Shown here: piece after piece, positions 9,427 to 17,286 of the stretch
How the letters are laid out: the number at the start of each line of letters is the position of its first letter
Numbering within the stretch: position 1 is the first letter of the stretch
IMG/VR virus record: IMGVR_UViG_3300031951_021456
Coordinates: 183,933-247,932 of that record
Direction: 5' to 3' (one strand)
Length of the DNA stretch: 64,000 nucleotides
Notes under the pieces: model-generated
What the model saw: the letters and a program-made list of their open reading frames with translations, nothing else
Databases searched by the model: none
Told to the model about the DNA's origin: nothing
Position numbers and translations under genes: made by a program

Positions 9427-9810
9427 TTAATTTTCTTTAAATGTGGACAATTTTTCTAATTTTGTTTGCAATTCAATAACTTGTTGTTCTAAAATTTCAA
9501 TTCTATCAACAACAGTTAATTCAGTTGCACCCTCTTCAGGTTCAATAAAACCAATATGATCAAGTATAAATTTAATCTGTTCATTTAATCTAGGTATTTC
9601 TAATATATTTCCCACCTTCAAAGCAAATTCACGGTTTGGTCTAAACTTTTTCTTTACGATTTCTATATCAGTTTTAATTTTCTTTAAATGTGGACAATTC
9701 TTTGGATCTATACATGATGAATCTGAGTTCTTATTTGTTTCTATATCATCAGGTGCATAACACCATCCGCAATCCCAATAATTACATATCATAGCTTTTA
9801 GTTGTCGCAT
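9427..9810 (-). CDS. Hypothetical protein with N-terminal Cys cluster
   Basis: CNYWDCGWC...CIDPKNCP. Confidence 0.65.
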   Translation of the reverse strand: MRQLKAMICNYWDCGWCYAPDDIETNKNSDSSCIDPKNCPHLKKIKTDIEIVKKKFRPNREFALKVGNILEIPRLNEQIKFILDHIGFIEPEEGATELTVVDRIEILEQQVIELQTKLEKLSTFKEN

Positions 9811-10238
9811 CCAATAAAGAGCTGTAAAACCGGTAATGTATAATTTAGCTCCACCAGTAATAGAGAACCCCCAATAAGCTCCTTAGTCGCCAAGAATGCC
9901 TTAAATGCAGCATCATTTAATGCATTATTTTTATGATATATTGTATTATATACTGCCTCTGAAGCGATATAAGCAAAACTATCTTTCATTTCCCCGTTAA
10001 TCATTATAACAGAAGGAATAATTGTTCTAATTTTAGTTAAATAACTGCACCTAGGCCCAATCATATAATTCTTTTCTTCATTAATAGATTTTAGACGTTT
10101 AATGGATAAAGTATCCAAGTAAATCCAGAAGTTCAATACATCTTTCCAATTGGGTCCTAGAAAACGTTCAGGGTACTCTAGAGCAGTTTGGTCATTTAAG
10201 AGATCTACAAATCTTTGATGTGTTGTAGAGATTTTCAT
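9798..10238 (-). CDS. LGPNW-family paralog 1
   Basis: MKIS...DQTALEYPERFLGPNWKDVLNFWIYLDTL...ATKELIG; start overlaps the ligase stop. Confidence 0.85.
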   Translation of the reverse strand: MKISTTHQRFVDLLNDQTALEYPERFLGPNWKDVLNFWIYLDTLSIKRLKSINEEKNYMIGPRCSYLTKIRTIIPSVIMINGEMKDSFAYIASEAVYNTIYHKNNALNDAAFKAFLATKELIGGSLLLVELNYTLPVLQLFIGCDN

Positions 10239-11107
10239 AAATCATCCTCATGTCTGAAACCCAAAAACACTGCATGTCTTGGGAGATCCTTGACACCATG
10301 TTGAAAAAATTTATATTTTACATATTTACCAATATATTCTTCTTTATTGTTCCAAATTTCATCTCTCAGTTCGTCATTTAATCCAGAGCCTATTTTAATT
10401 ATTTGACCATCCTTATTTTTTGTAATAAGTTTGCCAGTTGTTTTAGCACCTATAAGACCCTCAATAGAAGTAGATCGCTTAATTCTACCAAAAGCATCCA
10501 ATTGAGCTTCATTCTCATTGTGCATTTTTTCCTCAATGTCAATAAGAATTGATTCTGCATCTTCAAATCTTTTAACTTTCAGAAGAATATTTTCATTAAC
10601 ACTTGATCTGCCAAACTTGTAAGTCCCATAAGGATCTCTTAGCATCATTCCTTCATAGCCATTGTTCAAATAGATTTCTTCTAGTTCATTTAATTGCTCT
10701 TGATTATAAATTGTAGTTCCATAAAGAATTTCATGATTAAGACTCTTAGGAATTAAAGGAAAGTTTAGAATTCTTAAGTAATATGGAAGAATTTCTGGTT
10801 CTAATGGATTCACATAATCAAATAACCAAACTTTAAAATCTGGCTCACCATCAATAGACATAACGGCAGATTGAGAATCTTGAAAGTTATTGCCTGAAGT
10901 TATTTCGCCATCAATTCCATCTGGCAATGTTTCTGAAAGAACTTTTTGAATGTATAGATTTCTTAAGGGTTTAAATGTTCTAGAAAGGGCAATTCCATCA
11001 ATCATGAGAAAACGAATGCCATCAATCTTTGGTGTTGCAATATATGGAAATTTAGCTTTCTCTGGGTTAAACTTTCCTGCAAGTAATGGCTTTTGAATTT
11101 TTGGCAT
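10235..11107 (-). CDS. ATP-dependent DNA ligase, minimal chlorovirus-like type
   Basis: KPLLA, ATPKIDGIR (adenylated Lys), SRTFKP, DGEI, YEGMMLR, YKFGRS, LLKVK, IGSG, PRHAVFLGFRHEDD. Confidence 0.95.
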   Translation of the reverse strand: MPKIQKPLLAGKFNPEKAKFPYIATPKIDGIRFLMIDGIALSRTFKPLRNLYIQKVLSETLPDGIDGEITSGNNFQDSQSAVMSIDGEPDFKVWLFDYVNPLEPEILPYYLRILNFPLIPKSLNHEILYGTTIYNQEQLNELEEIYLNNGYEGMMLRDPYGTYKFGRSSVNENILLKVKRFEDAESILIDIEEKMHNENEAQLDAFGRIKRSTSIEGLIGAKTTGKLITKNKDGQIIKIGSGLNDELRDEIWNNKEEYIGKYVKYKFFQHGVKDLPRHAVFLGFRHEDDL

Positions 11108-11112
11108 TAGAG

Positions 11113-11598
11113 TTAAGTTTTTGATGAATTTTTATGGTATGATGGGTAATTTTTATTAAACCAGTCTTCAAAAAGAGATGTTGCTTTTTCTCTGGCTTCA
11201 TCTATTGAATTTGCCTTTAAACATACACTAAACCAATCTTCTGAATCTTTATAAATTTCATTTAATTTTTGACCACTATTAAGATAATTCCAAACTGTTA
11301 ATCCGCTTATTTGTCGTGCACATAAAAATTCATTAAGTTTTTGTAGATCTTTTTCTCTAATGAATGCTCTAAAATGCAGATCATCTTTATTAAAGGTTTC
11401 TGGTATAGTTGTATCGTTTATTGGCGCTTTAGTAATTTCAAATTTATGAATTGGACATGAAACAAAATCTCTCCATTTTTCTGCAGATTCTAAATCAAAG
11501 AAGAAATCAAAATCACTTATTTCAACCCAACCTTCAGCCATCGTGCTGTTAAGCAGTCCTTCACTATGAACAATATAAATGTAGTTTTGTGTGTTCAT
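11113..11598 (-). CDS. Hypothetical protein, tandem paralog A
   Basis: Shares FDLESAEKWRDF and KAxSIxxAxEKAxxxFEDWFNK with its neighbour. Confidence 0.75.
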   Translation of the reverse strand: MNTQNYIYIVHSEGLLNSTMAEGWVEISDFDFFFDLESAEKWRDFVSCPIHKFEITKAPINDTTIPETFNKDDLHFRAFIREKDLQKLNEFLCARQISGLTVWNYLNSGQKLNEIYKDSEDWFSVCLKANSIDEAREKATSLFEDWFNKNYPSYHKNSSKT

Positions 11599-11600
11599 TT

Positions 11601-12044
11601 TTAGTTATTTTTATTGAACCAGTCTTCAAACATAGTTATTGCTTTTTCTTTAGCTTTTTCTATTGAATTTGTTTTTGTGTATAAGTACAATTTTCTTCCC
11701 CATGTATAGACTTTATCTAGTTGTTCTCCACTTTCAAATATTCTTGAAACCCTTATACCGCTAATCTGATTCCATGAAATGGAATCTTGAATAAATTCTC
11801 TTGGATTTTTTACATTAACATTATTATCTTTTAAAAAAAGATATGCAGTATAGTAAAAATCATTTTTATCATACCACTCAGGGACTTGTTTATTATCTAT
11901 TTCTATTTTAGATTCATCAATTACATATTTAATATCTTCAAATGAAAGAAAATCTCTCCATTTTTCTGCAGATTCTAAATCGTCAAAAATATAATTTCCT
12001 ATACACTCATAGTGAACAGAATAAATGATGATTGAGGTGCTCAT
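11601..12044 (-). CDS. Hypothetical protein, tandem paralog B
   Basis: Shares FDDLESAEKWRDF, QISG and FEDWFNKN with its neighbour. Confidence 0.75.
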   Translation of the reverse strand: MSTSIIIYSVHYECIGNYIFDDLESAEKWRDFLSFEDIKYVIDESKIEIDNKQVPEWYDKNDFYYTAYLFLKDNNVNVKNPREFIQDSISWNQISGIRVSRIFESGEQLDKVYTWGRKLYLYTKTNSIEKAKEKAITMFEDWFNKNN

Positions 12045-12088
12045 TTGTTTGATGGGTTAAAGGTTTATTTGTTATATTTTTATATTAT

Positions 12089-12304
12089 TTACAATCCCAC
12101 AACATGATACATCTCGCCTTGAGCATTCTTAAACAAAACTTTTCCATTGTTTTTCTCTATATTTTTTGCCTCCTTGTATAAGGCAACTGCGCGGCGAAAA
12201 ATCTCTGCATGAGTGAGGCCAGTTGAATCACTGATGCTATCAAGCTGATCAGCTAACTCTTCTGGCATTTGAACATCAAAACGTAATCTATCAGTAATTG
12301 TCAT
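12089..12304 (-). CDS. Ribbon-helix-helix (CopG-like) regulator
   Basis: FDVQMPEELADQLDSISDSTGLTHAEIFRRAVALYK. Confidence 0.85.
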   Translation of the reverse strand: MTITDRLRFDVQMPEELADQLDSISDSTGLTHAEIFRRAVALYKEAKNIEKNNGKVLFKNAQGEMYHVVGL

Positions 12305-12312
12305 TTGTTTGG

Positions 12313-12654
12313 TTAATCAGATCTTTTAAGTTTTAATGGAGGTTTTCCGGTGGGTTTGTTAAAGTTTTCATGGTTAAAAGATGTTCGGGAATCTTTATCA
12401 TTCCTATTTACATCTTTCCAAAGTCTAGGCCTTTTTGATGATGTATCCTTTCTATTAAACTTTGTAGAATTTTCTTTCAATGATGGAATAATAACATACT
12501 CAACTATTCTATTAAAAAGGAACAGAATAATAACTACAGAAACTACTAGCCAAAGCCAAGGATTAATAAACAATAAAGCACTTGTCCCATAAAATACAAC
12601 AAGAATCAAAATTGAAATTAGAGTTAATTTAAGTTCTTTGATTATGTATTTCAT
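12313..12654 (-). CDS. Hypothetical membrane protein
   Basis: Two hydrophobic N-terminal segments. Confidence 0.7.
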   Translation of the reverse strand: MKYIIKELKLTLISILILVVFYGTSALLFINPWLWLVVSVVIILFLFNRIVEYVIIPSLKENSTKFNRKDTSSKRPRLWKDVNRNDKDSRTSFNHENFNKPTGKPPLKLKRSD

Positions 12655-12707
12655 TTTATTTAAACAGAATGAGCATAATAAGGGGAGTTTTTGGGGAACA
12701 TGGAACC

Positions 12708-12735
12708 ACTATACATGAGTTTCAAAATTTGTCAA
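12708..12735 (-). promoter_or_regulatory. Sigma70-like promoter driving the leftward block
   Basis: TTGACA-16 nt-TATAGT on the minus strand, at the outer end of the inverted-repeat left arm. Confidence 0.7.
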
Positions 12736-12872
12736 GTACCTAAGGCGCTTATTAGCATTTCCTGACTTAGTATAAGTACCTATTGACAGACCTTCAATAA
12801 TCATGTACGCTCAGCTTTGTCAAAGATGATGCACGATAACTTAAGTGTCTTAAAGAACTTAAATACTCTTAA
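12721..12872. repeat. Left arm of a ~150-bp inverted repeat (partner 16319-16470)
   Basis: 12806-12872 is the exact reverse complement of 16319-16385 (67 bp); further matching blocks CCTGACTTAGTATAAGTACCTATTGACAGACCTT and TTCAAAAT.TGTCAAGTACC. Confidence 0.95.
12783..12811 (+). promoter_or_regulatory. Inward-facing sigma70-like promoter in the left arm
   Basis: TTGACA-17 nt-TACGCT. Confidence 0.55.
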
Positions 12873-12950
12873 AGATACTTAAGTTTTTTATATAACTTAA
12901 ATACTCTTAAGTAACTTAAAGAACTTAAATACTCTTAAAGATACTTAAGT
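12840..12950. repeat. Phased CTTAA array with two exact 36-bp direct repeats (iteron-like)
   Basis: CTTAA at 12840, 12849, 12858, 12868, 12878, 12896, 12906, 12915, 12924, 12934, 12944; the 36-mer CTTAAAGAACTTAAATACTCTTAAAGATACTTAAGT occurs at 12849 and 12915. Confidence 0.9.
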
Positions 12951-12995
12951 AAGTTAAAGAACTTTAATAACTAATTAAAAACAAACTTAAATAAA

Positions 12996-13199
12996 ATGAA
13001 TAAACTTTCTCCTGAAGCACTTAAACAAAGATCATTCATTCTAAGTGCATTTACAAGATTAAAAATGTCTATTTCAACAAGTATCTATGAATTTGCAGAT
13101 TATAAAATTAAAACTGGATGGGCTCCATCTTTAAATGATTTAACTAAAGTAGATCAAGAAATTCTAGAAGAGTATATGAAGTTTATTAAAAATAAATAG
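12996..13199 (+). CDS. Small hypothetical protein
   Basis: 67 aa; first plus-strand ORF after the repeat array. Confidence 0.65.
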   Translation: MNKLSPEALKQRSFILSAFTRLKMSISTSIYEFADYKIKTGWAPSLNDLTKVDQEILEEYMKFIKNK

Positions 13200-13219
13200 A
13201 GTAACTCAACTCTAATATA

Positions 13220-13774
13220 ATGACTGATTCTTGTTCTCCTATTGAAAATAGAAATTTTTTATCTCCAAACCAATTTAAATTAACAATCAAACGATGCCCA
13301 AAGGCATCGTTTTTTTCAAATTCTGGAAATATTCCTTCTTTAACTCTAGGAATTGCAAAACAATCAAACTACCTAAAGACTATCAGTCAACCTGGAGATA
13401 TGATAGATTTTCAAGACTTTATTTTCAAGTTTCTTGTAGATGAAGATTTAACAAATTATCTTGAAATACAAAATTGGATTAGAGGTCTTGGATATCCATT
13501 CAGTCTTCAACAAATTTACGATTTGCAAAAAGAAAGACCAGATCTTAAGACAAATATTACGAATCAATTGAATTTATTCTCAGATGGAACTCTTTCAATT
13601 CTTTCAAGCAATAATAAATCAAATTTTCAAGTAAGATTTTATGATTTATGGCCATATGATCTTTCTTCACTTCTATTTGATTCAACGAGCACAGATTCTC
13701 AATATTTTACAGCAGAGGTAAAAATGAAATATACATACTATGACATAAGAAATTCAAGTGGTGAACTTTTATGA
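13220..13774 (+). CDS. gp3: Tail completion / tail-tube terminator gp3-like protein
   Basis: NRNFLSPNQFK...FLVDEDLTNYLEIQNWIRGLG...FYDLWPYDLSSLLFD; position before uvsY-uvsW as in T4-like cyanophages; TAAATA at 13193. Confidence 0.8.
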   Translation: MTDSCSPIENRNFLSPNQFKLTIKRCPKASFFSNSGNIPSLTLGIAKQSNYLKTISQPGDMIDFQDFIFKFLVDEDLTNYLEIQNWIRGLGYPFSLQQIYDLQKERPDLKTNITNQLNLFSDGTLSILSSNNKSNFQVRFYDLWPYDLSSLLFDSTSTDSQYFTAEVKMKYTYYDIRNSSGELL

Positions 13775-14211
13775 AAATTCTTGATCTTCCCTCCATTCAA
13801 CAAATGTGGAAGGAAGATGCTAAAATTGATATTGACGATTTACACAACGAATCAGTAAAAATACCAGAACTCCATGCAAAATACTATGAAATTTATTCAA
13901 ATCTTTTACTTTTAAAGAAAAAGACCGAAGAAGATAAGAAACAAATCAGACATAAAAAATATGAATATTTTACAGGTAAAGCTGAACCAGAAGCATACAT
14001 TAAAGATCCATTAGATAAGAAAGTAAGAGATAAAGAGCATTTACAAAGTTGTCTTAATTCTGATGAAGAAATTTCAAGAATTAACATCAAGATTGAAATT
14101 TACGATGTGTCACTTGATTATATTCAAGACATCATTAAGATGATTCATAATCGCTCATTTCAAATTAAAAATAGTATTGAAGCAATAAGATTACTAGGAG
14201 ATTCTCACTAA
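13771..14211 (+). CDS. uvsY: Recombination mediator UvsY
   Basis: MWKED..ID...LH.KY...KKYEYFTGKA...R.FQIKNSIE; synteny. Confidence 0.88.
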   Translation: MKILDLPSIQQMWKEDAKIDIDDLHNESVKIPELHAKYYEIYSNLLLLKKKTEEDKKQIRHKKYEYFTGKAEPEAYIKDPLDKKVRDKEHLQSCLNSDEEISRINIKIEIYDVSLDYIQDIIKMIHNRSFQIKNSIEAIRLLGDSH

Positions 14212-14237
14212 ATAGACACAACTAAGCATTTCTTATC

Positions 14238-15710
14238 ATGGCTGATGTTGTGATTGTTAAAAAGAATGAGGTTCACATCAAATTAAAATGTGAACCTCAT
14301 ATTTTATATGAATTGCATCCTTACTTTACATTTGAAGTAAATAGTGCAAAGTATATGAAAAAATATCGCAAAGGTTGGAATGGTCTTGTAACTTTACTGA
14401 GTGTTACAACTGGAGAAGTGTATGCAGGGCTTATTGATAGGGTTATTGCAAAATTAAAGGCTCTTGGTTATTCTTATGAGTTTGAGCATAGTAAGTATTA
14501 TGGCAGCCCATTTGAAGTTAATGAAGAGATAACAAAAGAAGGCTGTCAGGGGTTTTTAAAGGCTGTATGTAAGACATTAGATCCTTATGACTATCAAATC
14601 AATGCAGTATATGAGTGTTTAAGATATAATAGAAAGACAATTATTTCAGCAACTTCTTCTGGAAAAAGCTATATCATTTATGGTTTGATAAGATATCATA
14701 TTCTTAAACAAAGAAAATGTCTAGTTGTATTTCCAACAACTGGTCTAGTTAAGCAGATGTTTTCAGACTGGAAATCTTATGGATGGAATCCCGAGAACCA
14801 TTGTCATTTAATCTATGACGGTTCTGAGAAAAGAAATGATTTTGAAGTAACTCTTTCAACTTGGCAATCTTTAGATAATTGTCCTAAATCTTTTTTTGAA
14901 GAGTTTGATTGCATTATTGTAGATGAGTGTCATGGATGTAAGGCAAAAAGTCTTACAAACATCATGAAGAACTGTCATCAAGCAAAGTATCGTTATGGCT
15001 TTACTGGAACTCTTACTAATGGTGGTGAAGATTCAAAGACTCATGAATGGGTTATTTCAGGTTTATTTGGCCCATCTTATAAAGCAATAGGAACTAAAGA
15101 ACTCATTGAAAAAGGAAGAGCCTCGCAATTAGATATTCAATGTATTGTTCTTAAACATACTTCAAGATCTTTTGAATCTTATCAAGATGAAATTAAGTAT
15201 CTCATTGAGAACGAAAAGAGAAATAGATTCATTAAAAATCTTTCTCTTGACATTAAAGGAAATACTCTAATTCTTTTTGAAAGAGTTGAAACACATGGAC
15301 AGATTCTTTTTGACTTAATAAATAATGATGCAGACAATCATAAGATATATTTCGTTCATGGTGGAGTTGATACAGATGAACGGGAAGAGATAAGAAACAT
15401 TGTAGAGAGAGAAAATAATGCAATCATTGTTGCATCTTACGGAGTATTCAGTACAGGTATCTCAATCAAGAATCTACACAATCTTATCTTTGCTTCACCC
15501 TTTAAGTCTCGTATTAGAAATATGCAGAGTATTGGTAGATTATTAAGACTTAATCACAATAAAAAGGTTGCAAAGGTTTATGATCTTTCTGATGATATTT
15601 CATTTAATGATAGACCAAATTATACATTGAAGCATTTTATGGAAAGAGTTAAAAATTACAATGAAGAAGGATTTGATTATGACATTAAAACAATTAAACT
15701 AGGAGAATGA
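14238..15710 (+). CDS. uvsW: UvsW SF2 DNA helicase
   Basis: ATSSGKS (Walker A variant), IVDECH, GFTGT, QSIGRLLR; TAAATA at 14209. Confidence 0.95.
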   Translation: MADVVIVKKNEVHIKLKCEPHILYELHPYFTFEVNSAKYMKKYRKGWNGLVTLLSVTTGEVYAGLIDRVIAKLKALGYSYEFEHSKYYGSPFEVNEEITKEGCQGFLKAVCKTLDPYDYQINAVYECLRYNRKTIISATSSGKSYIIYGLIRYHILKQRKCLVVFPTTGLVKQMFSDWKSYGWNPENHCHLIYDGSEKRNDFEVTLSTWQSLDNCPKSFFEEFDCIIVDECHGCKAKSLTNIMKNCHQAKYRYGFTGTLTNGGEDSKTHEWVISGLFGPSYKAIGTKELIEKGRASQLDIQCIVLKHTSRSFESYQDEIKYLIENEKRNRFIKNLSLDIKGNTLILFERVETHGQILFDLINNDADNHKIYFVHGGVDTDEREEIRNIVERENNAIIVASYGVFSTGISIKNLHNLIFASPFKSRIRNMQSIGRLLRLNHNKKVAKVYDLSDDISFNDRPNYTLKHFMERVKNYNEEGFDYDIKTIKLGE

Positions 15711-15943
15711 AATTGGAAAAAACTATTGACAGAATAAATGCTGAGAATAAAGCTTTAACTAAAACTGGAAATTTTACTATATGGACAACTCTTATTGGGG
15801 CTGTTTTACTAGGAGCTGTTCCTGGTATTCCTACATTTGTCCTCTTATTATATCCTATACTAGGATGTTCTATAACAGTCAATATTCTCAATAAAAGGCA
15901 TGATAACTCAATTGAAATTATGTCATTAGATAAAGATGGATGA
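15707..15943 (+). CDS. Small membrane protein
   Basis: Hydrophobic central segment; coupled to the uvsW stop. Confidence 0.6.
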   Translation: MKLEKTIDRINAENKALTKTGNFTIWTTLIGAVLLGAVPGIPTFVLLLYPILGCSITVNILNKRHDNSIEIMSLDKDG

Positions 15944-16322
15944 AGAATTTTATGCAGTAGTAAAACTTAAGAATGGTGAAGAGTTCTTTTCTCAAGTGTG
16001 TTTAACTGAAGAAGATGATAAGGAAGTTCTACTTTTATATCATCCTATTACTCTTACTCTAGTAAGAACTAAAAAGGGGTTTGATTATCTTGTTCAGCCT
16101 TGGATTAAAATTGGTAATGAAAGTTTATATGTTCTTAATAAAGAAGATATTCTTACTATGTCTGAACTTGAGGATATTGATCTTATACAAATGCACACTA
16201 AATATGTTACTTCTAAAGAACAGACTAATTTTCATCAAGAAAATCTAAGCCCATCTTTAGGTCATATTGGAACAGTTTCAGAAGCTAAGAATAAACTTGA
16301 AAGAATATTTGAGAATTCTTAA
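15936..16322 (+). CDS. Conserved T4-like cyanophage hypothetical protein
   Basis: FYAVVKLKNGEEFFSQV; usually follows uvsW in this phage group (recalled); stop lies inside the inverted-repeat right arm. Confidence 0.75.
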   Translation: MDEEFYAVVKLKNGEEFFSQVCLTEEDDKEVLLLYHPITLTLVRTKKGFDYLVQPWIKIGNESLYVLNKEDILTMSELEDIDLIQMHTKYVTSKEQTNFHQENLSPSLGHIGTVSEAKNKLERIFENS

Positions 16323-16470
16323 GAGTATTTAAGTTCTTTAAGACACTTAAGTTATCGTGCATCATCTTTGACAAAGCTGAGCGTAGCAGGTTCTTAAAGG
16401 TCTGTCAATAGGTACTTATACTAAGTCAGGGTTTCTTGACAATGTTTAAGGGTACTTGACATATTTTGAA
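16319..16470. repeat. Right arm of the ~150-bp inverted repeat
   Basis: Reverse complement of 12721-12872 with a 67-bp perfect core. Confidence 0.95.
16380..16408 (-). promoter_or_regulatory. Inward-facing (antisense) sigma70-like promoter in the right arm
   Basis: TTGACA-17 nt-TACGCT on the minus strand. Confidence 0.5.
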
Positions 16471-16484
16471 TGAGGTGCTATTGT
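16456..16484 (+). promoter_or_regulatory. Outward sigma70-like promoter
   Basis: TTGACA-17 nt-TATTGT. Confidence 0.65.
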
Positions 16485-16508
16485 TTGAGAGATCTAAAAA
16501 TAATCATT

Positions 16509-16616
16509 ATGAGTTGTCGTATTTGTGGTCGCCAAAGTTGCACGGAATCTTTTCATAGTCTTGATGAACAAGAGATTTATGAAATGTCTATGTTTTACTG
16601 TAAAAAACTTAAATAA
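16509..16616 (+). CDS. Small Cys/His-rich protein (35 aa, not in track)
   Basis: MSCRICGRQSCTESFHSLDEQE... directly after a promoter. Confidence 0.4.
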   Translation: MSCRICGRQSCTESFHSLDEQEIYEMSMFYCKKLK

Positions 16617-16643
16617 AACTATTAACAAACTTGAATTAGATCA

Positions 16644-16799
16644 ATGAAACAAGTTTTTCCGCAGCTATTCATAAATCTTCCTGTTACTGCTGCCATGATT
16701 GGTGGAATTATTGCAGCTATTCGTGGAATTCCAGATTGGGGTCTTTTTCTTATTATTGGATTTCTATCAATTCGCATACCATCATGGATCAATCTTTGA
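16644..16799 (+). CDS. Small membrane protein (51 aa, not in track)
   Basis: MKQVFPQLFINLPVTAAMIGGIIAAIRGIPDWGLFLIIGFL... Confidence 0.5.
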   Translation: MKQVFPQLFINLPVTAAMIGGIIAAIRGIPDWGLFLIIGFLSIRIPSWINL

Positions 16800-16801
16800 A
16801 A

Positions 16802-17002
16802 ATGAAATTATTTTCATATATGATTCCCACAGAAATAGATCATGATTTAACATACCTAGAAGACAACACCGGGATGTCTCGTGCTGAAATTTTTCGCAGA
16901 GCGATTGCTCTCTATAAGCGAGCTAAGCAAACAGAGAAAGACAAAGGGAATGTAATTCTCAGAAATTCAGACGGAACACTTAGAGAGGTTATTGGTTTTT
17001 AA
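16802..17002 (+). CDS. Ribbon-helix-helix regulator
   Basis: YMIPTEIDHDLTYLEDNTGMSRAEIFRRAIALYKRAK; start moved from 16736. Confidence 0.8.
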   Translation: MKLFSYMIPTEIDHDLTYLEDNTGMSRAEIFRRAIALYKRAKQTEKDKGNVILRNSDGTLREVIGF

Positions 17003-17007
17003 TTAAT

Positions 17008-17190
17008 ATGCCAAAACGCTATCAATTCAAAACAAGCTGCGAATTTACAGAAAAACTCAATAGGGTATCACGAGAATCAGGACTAAGCAAGCCTGAAGCA
17101 ATTGTAGCCGGAATAGAACTTTTAGATCGTCTTGTGCAAGCTGATAAGGAAGGAAAAGAATTTGCTATTGTAAGTAAACCTGACAATTAA
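17008..17190 (+). CDS. Ribbon-helix-helix-like protein
   Basis: YQFKTSCEFTEKLNRVSRESGLSKPEAIVAGIELL. Confidence 0.7.
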   Translation: MPKRYQFKTSCEFTEKLNRVSRESGLSKPEAIVAGIELLDRLVQADKEGKEFAIVSKPDN

Positions 17191-17232
17191 TCTGTTAAAT
17201 TATTCTCTCTACGAATAATACCTGAAGGGCAC

Positions 17233-17266
17233 TTGACAAACTCTCATTAACATGCTATGCTAAATA
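17233..17266 (+). promoter_or_regulatory. Overlapping sigma70 (TTGACA-17-TATGCT) and late (TAAATA) promoters
   Basis: Both motifs precede the ATG at 17287. Confidence 0.65.
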
Positions 17267-17286
17267 AACAACTACACTCAAAACAC

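Noticed and set aside
3775-12592. Plus-strand track ORFs in the left block (3775, 6221, 7062, 7373, 7873, 8391, 12350)
   Set aside because: Antisense shadows of better-supported minus-strand genes.
12721-16470. Insertion sequence or composite transposon bounded by the inverted repeats
   Set aside because: The enclosed genes are core T4-like genes; I see no transposase, site-specific recombinase or target-site duplication.
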